64,000 bases of DNA from Eledone cirrhosa (Eukaryota), in contig OZ024741.1 of the NCBI GenBank assembly GCA_964016885.1, positions 286,626,001 through 286,690,000 on the forward strand, given 5' to 3'. A program made the translations under genes and the position numbers. The notes beneath the pieces were generated by a model that was not told the origin of the DNA, searched no databases, and was given only the letters and a program-made list of their open reading frames with translations. Of the stretch, positions 62,305-64,000 are shown piece by piece; within the stretch, counting starts at the first letter, position 1, and each line of letters opens with the position of its first letter.

Positions 62305-63224
62305 ATAATTTCAGCGAGATTGTATTTCGGCGGTGGCCAAAACAAAACGAAACGTAATCTTCGAGATATGCAGGCAAGAGCTCAATGGACTAAGAAGAAA
62401 GCAGGGCAAATAACATGCGTTATAAAGGCCAGACACATTGAAAACAGTGGTTGTGAAGTCACAAGCCACGGTAGCCGAAAAAACGAACAAGCTAAACAAG
62501 TTAACAAATAATTACCTACTTGGTCTTCCCGGAAAGTGGTGGTAAAATCCAATGGGAGGTTTCTGTGACTCTAAGTCAAGTATACTGTCTGCTTTCGTTG
62601 TAAGCTTTTGGTGTAAAGATCGAACAAGGTAGCAATTTCGTCAACAGGTTTTCTGTTCTCAACCGCCTACCGGGTTCCAATGAACAGTGAAGTTACTACC
62701 CTACATGGTTACTCTGCAAAGGAGGTAACCCCGGTTTTTGGCGGGTGCATTCAAAATGTGTAAAGGAATTGCAAAAAACTGCATAAATCGAAGCTCTCGA
62801 CCGAATTGTTTTTAAATAAACTTAAGCAATTAATTAGTCAATAGAATTGTCTAATTGAATTAACTAATTAATTGCTAGGCCCGGGAGATTAATACAAATA
62901 TAATTACAGCGAGATTTTATTTCGTAAAAGTGACTATTATACAAATATAATTACAGCGAGATTTTATTTCGTAAAAGTGACTATTACGTCAAGATGAAAA
63001 ATATTTAACGTAAGATATGGGAATATAATTCAATCCCAATTCAAAACAAGTCAAGACCTGAAATTTTAACCACAGATTTTGTGTAATCCAGAGAAAAAAC
63101 CAATAGAATCTTAACTCAAAATAAAATTAAGAGTAAATACTTATCCGTCAATTTGGAAAAATCTACAAATGCACTATATAGTCTTAAAAAGACTATTTCA
63201 CGAAACTTTTCAGTGGGGTTAGTC

Positions 63225-63271
<47 letters not shown>

Positions 63272-63470
63272 CAGCGAGAATCGTATTTCGGCTGGTAGAA
63301 AAAGCGAAACGAAACGCAAAATCGTAGAAATGCTGGCAAGCGCTCAATAGTTAAAAAACCAGAGCTAAACAATGTTAAAACGCCATACAAACTGAAAAAG
63401 TGGTTAAGAAGGCATTAACCACCTAAGCCAAAAAACAAATCAAGCTAAACAAGTCAAACAAAATAAATGA
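62305..63470 (+). repeat. Unclassified repeat starting in (TA)n, with copies at about 62305 and 63265 and 47-bp tandem head fragments at 62893-62986
   Basis: The head taatt(t)cagcgagat..tatttcg occurs four times. Confidence 0.55.
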
Positions 63471-64000
63471 TAAATGATATATATATATATACATATCATC
63501 ATCATCATCATCGTTTAACGTCCATCTTCCACGGGTTTGGACGGGAATTTTCCCACTTGAGGCAAGATTGATTGTCTTGCTCGTATAGGACTGTCTGGCG
63601 GGTTTTCTACGGCTGGATGCCCTTCCTAACACCAACCACGTTTACAGTGTGGACTGGGAGGTTTTTACCGTGTTACCTACACGGCCACATTACAGCGTGG
63701 TGTGTTTTTTTGTCGTGACACCTACACGACTTCATTTGTTTTGGACTGGATGTTGTGGTACCAACATAACTTTACATCGAAAGAGGTGGTGTGGATGGGG
63801 TGGGGGTAGTAGGACAGGGGTGTATTTTTGTTAAGAGGTGCCTACTGACTAGGCTTCGCTTTGTACTTAGGCAAGGCGGGTCTTCTGTATTACTGTGTAG
63901 CGCCAAAGATCTCGGTCCAGTTACATTGTCTTGGAGAGGTGTAAGTGTGTGAGGTCGGAATTTATCAAGTGGTCCCGGGTTTTTCTGGGTCTGCCTACTC

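Overview
AT-rich, microsatellite-laden eukaryotic DNA. The dominant tRNA-SINE families suggest a coleoid cephalopod (octopus); this is from recall and was not searched. There is one apparently intact host CDS, a single-exon protein with about 10 dispersed C2H2 zinc fingers (35777-38374, minus strand). The rest is transposon debris: Penelope-like elements (Naiad-type CxCx5C and Neptune-type), Tx1/L1-like LINEs, CRE-like and R4/Dong-like RLE LINEs, RTE fragments, Tc1, mariner, piggyBac, a Helitron, MITEs and SINEs. The most notable signal is a dense set of type I hammerhead ribozymes, found by eye, in at least eight unrelated non-coding units. Most are 325-676 bp tandem or fold-back 'retrozyme/pLTR' units embedded in (TA)n or (TATC)n, clustered at about 19-27 kb. 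Four independent families share a compensated U3-A8 core (UUGANAA instead of CUGANGA). One family shows stem I covariation between copies. Ribozyme units are fused to unrelated retroelements (Naiad, Tx1, CRE). All structures were read manually and no ribozyme activity is proven.
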